Both the position numbers and the translations under genes were made by a program. Shown piece by piece: positions 26,058 to 36,460 of a stretch of DNA of 64,000 nucleotides. Under the pieces are notes generated by a model. The model searched no databases, was not told where the DNA came from, and saw nothing but the letters and a program-made list of their open reading frames with translations. Source of the DNA: Lama guanicoe (taxonomy: Eukaryota); the NCBI GenBank assembly GCA_013239625.1, contig MU054187.1, positions 17,786,711 through 17,850,710 of the forward strand, given 5' to 3'. Within the stretch, counting starts at the first letter, position 1. Each line of letters starts with the position of its first letter.

Positions 26058-28430
26058 ACAGAATCCACAAAGAAAAAGAGCTAAGTCCAGATTTACGACT
26101 CTCACTGCTGGGACATCTAGAGCACTTCCTCTAAGTGACTTTGTGCTAAAATTATTCAAAATACTTTTTTCAACAATTTTTGGAGCATAATCCTTTGGCT
26201 GTTTAATGTCTGTGTAGGTGTGTGTATATACTGTACATAATAAATACCTGATAACCCAGACCGTGCCATTCAAGGAAATAATCACGTATCATAGGTCAGA
26301 AAGTAACTTCAAGTGGAATCGTTACGTTCGGTATTGTTTTTCGCTGTTGTTAAAGCACATAAAGCAAACCTCCACGGGCTCATGAACACTAGTGCTTGTT
26401 AGCCCGTCAAGCTTTAGGATGGTCATTGCTTGAGAAAAAAATCAGAATAAACATTCTATTATTGGTGCCTATTTTCAGATAGTATCATTGCAGGATGGGA
26501 TGCTTGGAATTTTGGAACCGAAGAGAATATTTTTAGTTTCAATTAATTATGTAGGTCATTTTTCTGTAGAGCTCTTTAACAAATTTATAAATATTTTAAA
26601 AAGGAAAAAACCCCTACAGGTCTATGTTGTCCTTTATTCGGTATATTATTGATTATATAATTTAGAGATCTTTACTCATTCTTTAAAATGTAATTATGCA
26701 ATTTTCTTTTCAGAGACACAAGGCTGAAAATACAAATGTATCTTATTCTAGTTAGAGCTTAATGATTTTTTTTTAAATCAGTGTGCTCAGCGTATATTAG
26801 TTGAGCATATATCCTTTCTACTTTTGTCTTCAAATTTAACTTTTTTTCTTTCTTTCCCACAATCTCATGTCTGAAGAGTAGTTTTAATTGACAACTTCAG
26901 CTTCATTTTTGCAAACTTTGTAAATGTAATTATTTAATAGAAGATGCACAAAATTCCTTGCAGAATCCTCTGTTTATTTCTATGTATTTGAATTCAGAAG
27001 AAATTATTACAGTGGGTTTTAAAACAAACCATCTTACCTAATAAATAGTAGTTTCAATAATAGTGCAGGGCATGCAGATAAAAAGTATTTGAATTTTAGT
27101 CACTTGAAGTATACTTAGATGTAGTTATGAGTAGGTTAAGCGAATATCTAATTTTTCCTACTCAAATTTTCTTTTTAGTGTTTAATGCTGAAACACCATT
27201 TACATCACAATAAAAAGCCACTGAGAATGTATTGCTTTAATGAATGGCTGTTTTGTTATGTAATTAAACATTCACAAATAATTAATTATGCATTCTCTTT
27301 AACTTTGACTAAAGTAGGGCTTCTAATCATTGTCACTTTCGGTGTAACATAGTATTTAGTAGTAGATGTCCTTGATTGCTTGTACAGCCATATTCAGTAA
27401 TTCAGTAGTCATTTCTGTTGTGTCAAACCTAAAAGAGCCTTGATCTTATAAAGGTACAAGTAAATCTTTAACAGGCAATTTTTAGCCTCTTATTTATGAT
27501 TCTGATCAACTGTAAGGATCAGTGTAGAAATTTGTGGCTTATAACTTTCTCTGCAATGTGTTTATACTTCATAATTTTATTCATTAGTTTTTTAATTTTG
27601 TTTTTCATTTGGGCGGGGAATAACTCAGAGTTAATGGAATTGTTTACCGTATAATTTCTTTCCTGACTTTCTACTAATTTTTTTCTTGGTTGTCTTTATT
27701 CAGTCATACTGGTCAAAAGAAAGGGTGCATCAACTAGAATAAGCTGTAATAAATTTGGGAGAATAATGTACGTATTAGGATTGCATTTCAATAGTTTATG
27801 TTCTTCTGTTCTAATTGTTATAAATCAAATGAAGAAGAACTTCAAACTTTTGTTTTGCTGAGGATTGAGCACCATTTTCCTTCAAGTAGATTTTCAAAGA
27901 CCTCAAGAAAGGGGGTAGGTAAATGAGCTTAAACAAAGTGGCACATGTTTGTTTCTCACAGTAGCAAGTAAATGTTATAATGTACTACATAGGAATGAGT
28001 TGTTAAGAAATCATCCAATTCTAGAACCCAGAGATTATTATAAACAGTAAGTAGATGAAATATATTTATGAATTATAAAACATGTTGATGCAGTGTGTTT
28101 AAATGCATTTTTATATTACTTGCATATATTATTCTCACATTGATTTATTGTGCAATAGTTCAGTGTTTAAGAAATTTTCCTAGATCTATGCATCATTTAT
28201 TTTATTTTTATTTATTTTCCTAAGTATTTGCCAGTGTGGTAGAATAAAAAAAATGACTGTAAGCCTAAATTAAAATTGTAAAAATTGCTTATATGTTATC
28301 CTGGAAGTTACTAGCTTGAAAAAGTAAGATTATTATGGCTGCTGTTGTGTCTTGTTCACTCTGTTTTTTATTACAAATAATGTCTTCACGTTTGAACCTA
28401 TTCAATAAAGACATGAAGCAAAAAATGCTA
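26058..28430 (+). other. ZC2HC1A: ZC2HC1A 3' UTR (3' end approximate)
   Basis: AT-rich sequence with no repeat I recognise after the stop codon. AATAAA at 26239, 26446, 27040, 27209, 28243 and 28404; the last is followed by T/GT-rich sequence. Confidence 0.65.
28404..28409 (+). terminator. Probable distal polyadenylation signal of ZC2HC1A
   Basis: AATAAA followed about 30-50 nt later by ttgattttcattgatgtcttttctttt, resembling a downstream U/GU element. Confidence 0.55.
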
Positions 28431-29234
28431 GTTGATTTTCATTGATGTCTTTTCTTTTATCTAGACACAGGTAAAAAGATGGAAATGTACTGAAATATAA
28501 AGAAAATATTCAAAGTTGAAACACAGGCTTTTCAAAGAGAAAACAGTTTTCATTGGCAGTTTTTTTTGGTCCCATCAGCTTTTCAAGAAATTTATTACTA
28601 TTTTTTTTGAATTGAAGTGTTTTATGACTTCAAAGTATTACAGATATGTTTCTTCACAAGATTTTTAAAGCATAGAAACATTAGAGTCAATAAAATTTAG
28701 CAGTTGAAAACAGTGAAGTCAAGGTTGATAGGAAACTTGGATATTTGTAATTAGGTAATATACAATTCAAAGGCAAAAAATATTTGTGATGAATGCTTTG
28801 TGATTCAACCATCATATTTAACATTTTAAACAGGTGTTGTGTCTAGTAGAAATATGATCAGATGAGACATGTTTAATTTGAACTCAGTTTTCCTTAGGCT
28901 AGAGGTGAAAACTACCATGAGTAGAACTCAGTGGAATAGATACATAGCTACAAAGCACCAGCAGAACTCTTGTGTCTTTATTTGCAATGCAGGTATATGC
29001 ATTTTATATGGTAAGTATATTTTTAGTTTTATATGGTAAGTATATTTTTAGTACTAAGGTTGATTTTTCCGATTGACAGTATTATTGAACAGAGCAGTTG
29101 AGAATCATTAAAACAAAATTGATGCTAGCCACACATTTTTATTTTCATTTAGAACATTTTCAGTTAAATGTTATTGTCACAATACTCATTTCTATACAAC
29201 TTTGCTTGCTTGGCTTATATGTGAATTGCTTTTT

Positions 29235-29252
29235 TGCCACTAGAGGGTGCTT
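29235..29252 (+). promoter_or_regulatory. CTCF-like binding motif between the convergent gene ends
   Basis: TGCCACTAGAGGGTGCTT closely matches the CTCF core CCASYAGRKGGCRS and stands out in very AT-rich flanks. Confidence 0.6.
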
Positions 29253-30204
29253 TTGAGTAATTTAATATTGACAGCCTCCAATTATTTTAAAGACATGTCA
29301 GCAATCTAGATGTGATTTTTTTTTCTTTTTGATAACATGAAATGACAGAGATTTATGGAGTACTTTTTGTTGTTTATTTTGTTGTGACTTTAATAACCCA
29401 TTTTGATTTTGGGCATCATCCTGGTAGTTTTTGATAGAAATATTTAATATTTACACCTCACATAATTTTGTTAGCAAAATTATGCATCTCAGACTACTGC
29501 TTATGCACATTGCCAAATAATTATTATACTATTACTATTACATTTCATCGTACTTACACAACAGTTAAAATCTCTCTTAAGTTTTTTTTCCTTCAGTTAG
29601 CTAACCTAACAACATCTAACATATACAAGTGACATCTATTTAAATAGGAGCAAAATGAGTGGCTAGACCAACTAATGTAAAATGCAGAAAGCTAAAGCTT
29701 TATCTTATAAACATTTTTAAAAATGTTTTATATGTTCTTCATTCTATGAAATGTTAGGAATCAAGAGAAGTAAGATGTGATTAAGTCCCTGGAAGTCAAC
29801 AATAATTTATTTGGAGAAGCTGGTAATAAAAACAGACAATTACAACTCAGGAAAAAAGAAGGACTTATTTTAATGGAAAATTTCTTTATTACAAAGTTAC
29901 CAACAAAGTGCTTTACAAATGTTGAAGCTTCTTCCTTATCACAAGTTATACAATTGATCATTTCCTATTTTTTTTTTCCCTTCCCTATCCCAGGGCTTAG
30001 GAGGAACCCTGGTAGAATATGAGCAAGAGCTGCAGTACCTTTTAGTGGGGAAAAGGTGACTGGTAGTGAAAAGGATGTGAGTGGTGAGGTCCGGCAGAGC
30101 TGCAAGACATGAACGACTTGGGCTGTCCTGAGGACTGAGGAAAATCAATATTGAGTAAAACTTACCGAAAATTCCAGCTGTTCAGTCTTACTTCACATAA
30201 CTCG

Positions 30205-30266
30205 TCACTTTCACTTTCATTCTCTTTTTTTTTTTTTCCTCTCTCTGCTCAAATGTTTCGGTTTCT
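30205..30266. promoter_or_regulatory. Paired IRF-E / ISRE motifs
   Basis: TCACTTTCACTTTCAT (30205-30220; GAAAGTGAAAGT on -) and TGTTTCGGTTTCT (30254-30266; GAAACCGAAAC on -), both fitting GAAANNGAAA. Confidence 0.55.
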
Positions 30267-32999
30267 ATGTTGAATTGAATTTGCAACAATAAGGCTGGGG
30301 ATAAGAGGCTGCCAGCTGTGGTGAGTATACTCAACAATGAAATGCTGACTTTCGTTCATCGAATCAGGGATCTTAAATTATAATAAAACTGAATACTGCC
30401 TGGGGCATTAAGGTGAATGCCCTCATCTGCTGACAGTGGAGATACAAATTGATGCTTTTGGAAGAAGTTGACTAAATTTGCTGTAAAAGCTTTTAAAATA
30501 CACACTCTCATAACTCAGAAATTTTATTTTCTAAGATGTATTTATTCTTGAAGGAGTAATCTGAAGTGCAGAAAAATATATATGCAGAACACATTTAATA
30601 GTGGTATTTGTAGTGATAAATATTAGTTAATAAAGCACTTTCAAATAATTTTTAATGGTATAACAAGACTATATTTTATTAGGATAGAAAACTAGCCTAG
30701 AGTAGTGAATGTGTATAAAATATGATTCCAATTATGTAAAGGATTGCACAGCTAAAAAGGTTTGAAGTATATTCCTCAATATTGTGCTTGTTTCTAGTGA
30801 AAGGATTTACGATGTTATATGGTCTTTATATTTTTGGTATTAGTTTTTAAATATATATAAGACTTCCATAGTCTTTAAAAAATAGGGTTATGTTTTTCAG
30901 AATCACTTGCATGTGATAATAGTTAATTTAAATCACTACCGCATCTTCCATTATTTTCTGACATTCACAAATGTAGGTGATACCCTTTATAGTTAAGCTA
31001 GTTTGTTTCTGTAATACTTTTGTTGTTGAAAGTGGTGTCTGTCAAATCTGTGTATGATTTTAATAAGATTATTTTTCCTCATTTTTCTCAAATTATATTA
31101 CATTGTAATATACCTCTCCCTCTCTTAACTTTATCACCTGTGATTTGAAGAGTCCAAGGAATACATGAGTTTTTAATTCATAGAGCATAAAATAAAAAGT
31201 AAACCTGGTATAGGTATTTTAGAGATTATTTTTTTTTTTGCCATTCTGTTGTTGAGCTGTGAGAGCAAAATACATTTAGAACATTTAGATCTATTTTCAC
31301 ATATTTACCTATTATATTTTAAAACTTTAAAGATTTTTTAAAGTTATTTTCTTCTACTTGTTATTTTAGTCAAAAAGAATACTTTAAGAACCAGAAAGTT
31401 TTAAAAGTACATTTTTATTTTTACTCATCTTCTCAAACTTAAGTGTTCTTATAGGGAAATTCATATGCACCACATAAGAAACATCAGAAATTCGTTATTT
31501 TATTTTGAACACTTAATTCTTCAAGGGTGATTCTCTTTAGACACGTGTGCTTAACTATTAATTTGAAATTGTAAAACAATAGGTTTGTTTTTCAACATAG
31601 GTCTTACGGTAGACAATCAAAACACCATTTGAATGAGCAACATAGGTGCTAGACGAGCTCTGCATCCCTGGGGAGGCACTATATTCTCATGGTCTTTGCT
31701 TTTGATCAACAGTTTTGTGGTTCTCCCTCTGGTATCACTAGAAAGATTGTTTCTCACTGATGCCATTACCAGGAAGCTGTTATATGAGGAGAAGGGGGAC
31801 TTATCATTAATTGCCTTAGATACTTTAGTATAATTTAAGTAGAAAACAATGAACAATTCTAGAAATTAAACACTGCCCAAAACGTGCCTAGTAGTGAAAA
31901 ATTATCTTACTCTGTTTTAAACCTAAACAGGACATTTGTCCTGTTTGTGGCTAGCATCTTTTAAAAATCCCATGTTTGGTGAATTTTCTGTTTTGAATCT
32001 TCCTGCCTTAAAATCATTGCCAGAGTTTAGTTTTCCATCCTTTCTTTCAGCTAGGGAGTAGTCATGTGACCTTGGAACTACCCCACAGACTTGGATTTTG
32101 AAGCAAGTAATGTGACGCAGACACTGGTTTTCTGTTGAGGATGGTGGAGAGACATCTAGCTTCCAAGGCAGCTGTGGCAGAGTCAAGAAGTGGCACCCTT
32201 ATTACACGAAGTGACTTGTCACTCTTTAACTCTGAACCAGTGACTGTGCCAAGGGGAAAAGCAGGAAGAGCATCGGATTCATCTGAAGAAGTCACATGAC
32301 ACCAAATGGATTAAAGGTAATAGGTTATTAAAATACCAGTGTTGAATGATGCTTTTTCAAAGGTCATTGGGAATCTTACTTGTTATTCTTCCGGATACAT
32401 GGTAACTGTGACAGCAGCCCTAGAATGTGAGCCCGGAGCTTCAGATGTAAGTCCAGATGCTAAATGATTTGAAGTTGCTTTACTTTTTTCCTTTAAATTG
32501 AGACTATGTTAACACTTTCCCCAACATCTCATTTTGAGAAAACTGCAGCATATACTGCAATAAGTATTCATTAATTCGGGGGAAACACAGGACTTCAGAT
32601 TTATTGCAAGAGGGTTAAATTAACCAAAACTGTCAGCAGATCCAGCTCTCCGGAGCTGATGTGCCACCTCCCAGTCTCCACTCGTCGCAGGGATATGTGC
32701 TCATCAAATGAGGACACCAGACTGTCTGATGGTCATGTTCTTTTCAGCTTCAACTTTCTGCAGTTCAGTGATGCACATACTGGCGCTTCAGCTAATTGGG
32801 CTTACTGTATTCTACTGTCACATTAATTTTGTCATAGTCTGTGCAAACCAGCACTTATCACGAGAGGGTACTTCTTAGGAACTTTCATTAGAATAGATAA
32901 AAGAGCCAAGAGGAATACTCTCTCATATTTACTCATCAACCCATTCATGAATTAGTTGATTCATGCAATATGAAGTTGTTTTAGTTTTAACTTTAAAAT

Positions 33000-33165
33000 T
33001 TAAAGCCACATGCCCCCATTTCTGGCCAAATAACTGCCAAACTTGCTTAGCTGACTCTCCCAGAGATTCTGTAAATTACCTCGTAGCTCTTAATAAATTC
33101 CTTTTTGCTTAAACTAACTCAACTGGGATCTGTTATTTGCACTCAAAAACTCTTCAGTGGTAACA
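33000..33165 (+). mobile_element. Old MLT1-type (ERVL-MaLR) LTR 3' fragment
   Basis: aataaattcctttttgcttaaactaactcaactgggatctgttatttgcactcaaaa resembles the R/U5 end of old MLT1 LTRs. Confidence 0.6.
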
Positions 33166-33479
33166 TTTGATATGACCTGGGCGTCCCTTTTACAGTGGCT
33201 GTGGTAACAGGAGAAGGGCTTAAACCCATATCCTACGGGAGGGACTCTTTGACATCCTGAGTTAAGACACCTTTCCTCATCTCAGTCATGGTGTTAGAGA
33301 ATCACAAACTGAATCACAAATATTTTAAGAAACATACTTTGAGTATAATTATACCTATATGGCAGGGCTAATCTGAGGATTATAGGCAATGTGTATAAAG
33401 TCTTTGCCACAATGTCTGACACTTAACAGGCTGTCAATAAATGATATCAGTTATTTAGTATATCATGTGTATATTATGT

Positions 33480-34085
33480 ACTCCCCAAATATTTAATTCC
33501 TTTTATGACCTAGGCATTGTTTTAGGAGCAGCGAACAAAACAGTCAAATATCCATGCCCTTTTGAAGTTCATATTCTAGTGGAAGAAGATTTAAAAAAAA
33601 AAAGATAAATCAATAGATGTATTTTACATTAGAATGTGATGAGTGCTATGGAAAGTGGGCAAGAGGTGGTCAGAATGAAATGGGAAGGAGGGTGCAAGCA
33701 GGTCACAATTTGAAATAGGATGTTCAGGGATTGCAAAAGTGATGTTGGAGCACACACCTGAAAGAGGGCTGAGCCCCTCCTGTTTATCCTTTTTGTGTAC
33801 TGTGTTGAATTTTTTATTGGGTTGTTTCCCTGAACTTTTAGTGCTTCCTGTTAAAGAGTATTTACTATGTTGAAGCATGCAGGTGGAAAAGAAAGAAAAG
33901 AGTATGTTATGCAGAAGGTAAAAAGGAATAAAGGCTCTGAGGTGGGAGCCCAGTACCTGTGGAATGGGGGAGCAAGGAATAGATTAGAATGTTGAGGTAA
34001 CCAGATTGTGCGTGCTCCGGAGGCCACTAAAATGATTCTGGCTTACTCAGAGTGTGACAGGATTGGGGAATGGTGTGATCTAGCT
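33480..34085 (-). mobile_element. L2 LINE fragment
   Basis: ctaggcattgttttaggagc...aacaaaacagtcaaatatccatgcccttttgaagttcatattctagtgg...aaaggctctgaggtggga. Confidence 0.6.
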
Positions 34086-35429
34086 TAAATATATAATTTG
34101 AATTTGTGTTCTTTGGCCCCTAAATTTACGAGAAATAAAAGGCAAGAGGAAATAGTTGTCACCCATTCTGCCCTGAAGTGTCCATATGTATTGATCAAAT
34201 TAAGTTCTCTTAACACTCAGCTTTCACAAAAGAGTTATACTGTACAATTTAAAGTTAAAACAAACTGAAAGTTTCCAACCCCACCTGAGTATAACACGAA
34301 AAGAAGCTGTTTTCCTCATTTCACAAGACTACCTTTCCATCCCCTAGTCTCCCACACATTAGAAATACAGCCCTATTTGTGATTGACTCAGCTACTTTAT
34401 CTTACTTAGGGAGGCAAAGTTTAGTCGTTAATTTTACCTTCTTATTATAGTACCTAATATTCATAATTCATAAACTTAACATTTCATTCTCATTTCCTCA
34501 TTCATCAACATATGATATTCTCAATATAACCTTCAAATGTAAGGGACAGAAATCCTAAGATACCTTGAAAAGGGGGAGGGAGGATTAAATAATGAAAGAT
34601 GCATGTGAATTAAAACTGGAAGGTCATTAGGTCCTGAGGAAGCTCTAAGGATTGGTCCATCTGCCAGCCTCTTTGCTCCTCTAAGTTCATCTGTCCGTTC
34701 CCTGTTGCCTGTCCTCTCTCTCTGCTGTGTACCTTTTCTGTTCTCCCATTCCTTCAGCTTGCCAGTGCCCAGCTTAATAAAACCTTAAAACTTCCTCTCT
34801 ATTTCAGAATTATTTGGGGCAAATTTATTTAGGATTGTGGCTCAAATTTCTGGAACAGAGCACCTGAACTAGTTCATCTTTTCAAGCTACATAACATACA
34901 TCACAGATCATTAGGCAGTCTTATCAGTTAGTTGTACTTTGGGCAGATGCCCTATACTGTCCCCCTATTAGTTAGATTAAAGGCATGATTTCACATGGTT
35001 TAGAACAGCATCACTTAGCAGGAGTCATGAGTGGTGCAGAATTCCTGACAGGAGGTGCGGTCATGTCAGGGAATGATTGACATGTTTAGAAAACAAGTTA
35101 TTTGTTTATATTTGTAACAGTCTTCGAACTAGTAAATTTGAAAACTTGTTGAGGGGAAATGTTTTATGTAGGATTGTGTCAACAACTCTCTATTAGTATT
35201 AGTCTAGCTCAAAGATTCTCAGTGGCAGTCAAGAGACAAACTCCTGGGAAATATGCATCCAGGTTTTCTGATGATGGGGATGCAGGGTAATGAATAATTT
35301 AAAAAAGCAAATTCATTATACCTACTATTTTCATAATTGAAACCTCGTAAGTAAAGCTTGACAATCTTGGCTGGTGCAGCTGCTCTGGAGGTAAATTAAG
35401 AATTTAAAAATTAGATTTTAGAAATTTCT

Positions 35430-36290
35430 ACATTCATGGAAGACATGACCTCTATTTGCAGATAACATGTTTGTCTCTGTAGGAAATCTCAAGGAATCCA
35501 CCACAAAAGCTAGAACTTGTAAGTTTAGTTCTAACAAGGTGATAGGATACAAGAACAATGCAAAAAACAGTCAGTCAATCCTGTATACCAGAAATAAACA
35601 GTAGGAATTTGAATTTTAAACTCCAGTAGTGTTCAGGCATGCATGCACACACACACACACACACACACACAAATGAATAGTTATGCATAAATCTAACAAA
35701 ATACGTGTATGCTAAAACCATAAAACACTGATGATAGAACTCAAAAGTCTAACTAGAGAAATTTATTGTGTTTATTGATTCAAAGAATACATACAGTAAA
35801 GATGTCAGTTCTCCCCCAAACGAATCTATGGATTCAATGCAATCTCAGTGAAACTTCCAGCAGTTACTTTTGTTTTCTTTTTATTTGTTTGTTTCTGTGG
35901 TTTGACAGGCTGATTCTAAAATGTATGTGGAAAGGCAAAAGAGCTAGAATAGCCAAAACAATTCTGAAAAAGAAAAAATTGGAGGACTCATTCAACCCAA
36001 TCTCTAGATATTTTAAACCCATAGTAATCAAGCCAGTGTGGTGTTGGAGAAAAGATACAGACCATTGGAATAGAACAGACCATCCATTAATCGATCAACA
36101 CAAATACACTCAACTGAATTTTACAAAAGCACAAAAGCAATTCAGTTGATAAAAGTATAGCCTTTCCAACAAATGGCAAACAGTTGGATGTCCATATGCA
36201 AAAAACTGAGCCTTAATACACACCTAGTATTAAAAGATAACTTGAATGAGTCAAGGACCTAATTGTAAAACATATGACCCTAAAAACTTC
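35430..36290 (+). mobile_element. Old L1 ORF2 fragment, with a (CA)n tract at about 35646-35670
   Basis: ORF 35766-36149 reads like L1 ORF2 (KMSVLP...ILKCMWKGKRARIAKTILKKK...VIKPVWCWRKD...WNR). Confidence 0.8.
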
Positions 36291-36295
36291 CAGGA

Positions 36296-36460
36296 CAGTG
36301 GTTTCAGCCATCTCCCTGGGACATGTTAGCAATGGCTGGAGCCTTTTTTTTTTACTGTCACTCCTTAGAGGAGGATACTATTGGTATCTAGTGGGTAGAG
36401 ACCAGGAATGCTTCTAAACATCCTACAATGCGTAGCACAGCCACACCCACAACGAAGAAT
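36296..36460. mobile_element. MER20 hAT-Charlie element
   Basis: gggacatgttagcaatggctggag...tactattggtatctagtgggtagagaccaggaatgcttctaaacatcctacaatgc. Confidence 0.75.

Noticed and set aside
25965..26285. 106-aa minus-strand ORF
   Set aside because: Antisense to the ZC2HC1A last exon and UTR; no recognisable protein or splice context.
32085..32150. LDFE and VEDGG peptides resembling cadherin repeats
   Set aside because: They fall in different frames and no other cadherin motifs are present; likely chance.
35766..36149. 127-aa ORF, the longest in the track
   Set aside because: Decayed L1 ORF2 fragment.
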